A stretch of 64,000 nucleotides of DNA, taken from NCBI GenBank assembly GCA_002633005.1, contig NMRA01000561.1, forward strand, positions 119,860-183,859, given 5' to 3'. The translations under genes were made by a program, and so were the position numbers. Shown piece by piece: positions 63,763 to 64,000 of the stretch (position 1 is the stretch's first letter; the number at the start of each line of letters is the position of its first letter). The notes beneath the pieces were generated by a model that saw only the letters and a list, made by a program, of their open reading frames with translations, was not told where the DNA came from and ran no database searches. Origin of the DNA: Phoronis australis (Eukaryota; Animalia; Phoronida).

Positions 63763-64000
63763 TCCACCCACTCGTACATACTTGAGCACATAATAATCCA
63801 TATCTGGCAGAACTAGAATCTTGAACAAGGAGTCGAGCAAAGCACAATTCAAATAAATATATGTATTACGCATGTATTTAACTAGTATAATTGACACGTG
63901 CGTTTCATTGACCAATCGATGTATTTTGTAATTCACTACAGGCCACATGTGTGTTTCTGCGACAGTTATTCTGTTACGACAGCAGAACATACCTGGCTTG

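Noticed and set aside
63474-63990. CV/HT-repeat ORFs
   Set aside because: Produced by the N gap plus the (CA)n microsatellite.

Overview
AT-rich, intron- and repeat-rich animal DNA, most likely an invertebrate draft assembly, with two N gaps. Three host genes can be read. (1) A complete 14-coding-exon peroxisomal carnitine O-octanoyltransferase (CROT; + strand, 911-31592, 615 aa, ends SKI). (2) The last exons of a GPR157-like GPCR (- strand, 32768-34187); its TM1-TM5 exons are not visible in the window. (3) The last seven exons of a divergent SLC1/EAAT-family transporter (- strand, 49703-61107), with unusual substitutions at the cation- and proton-coupling residues. Between the GPCR and the transporter is a nested mobile-element cluster. 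It holds a Helentron/HINE-like tandem array carrying CTCF-like motifs, and a BEL/Pao LTR element with an in-frame loss of RT-RNaseH and a partly inverted second LTR. It also holds a decayed Polinton/adintovirus-type protein-primed PolB gene interrupted by an L1/Tx1 LINE with a 13-bp TSD. The introns contain TIR elements (including a 5.2-kb TA-flanked one), a second copy of the LINE, a HERO non-LTR fragment, MITEs and minisatellites. All calls come from manual reading and translation; no searches were run, and family comparisons are from memory.
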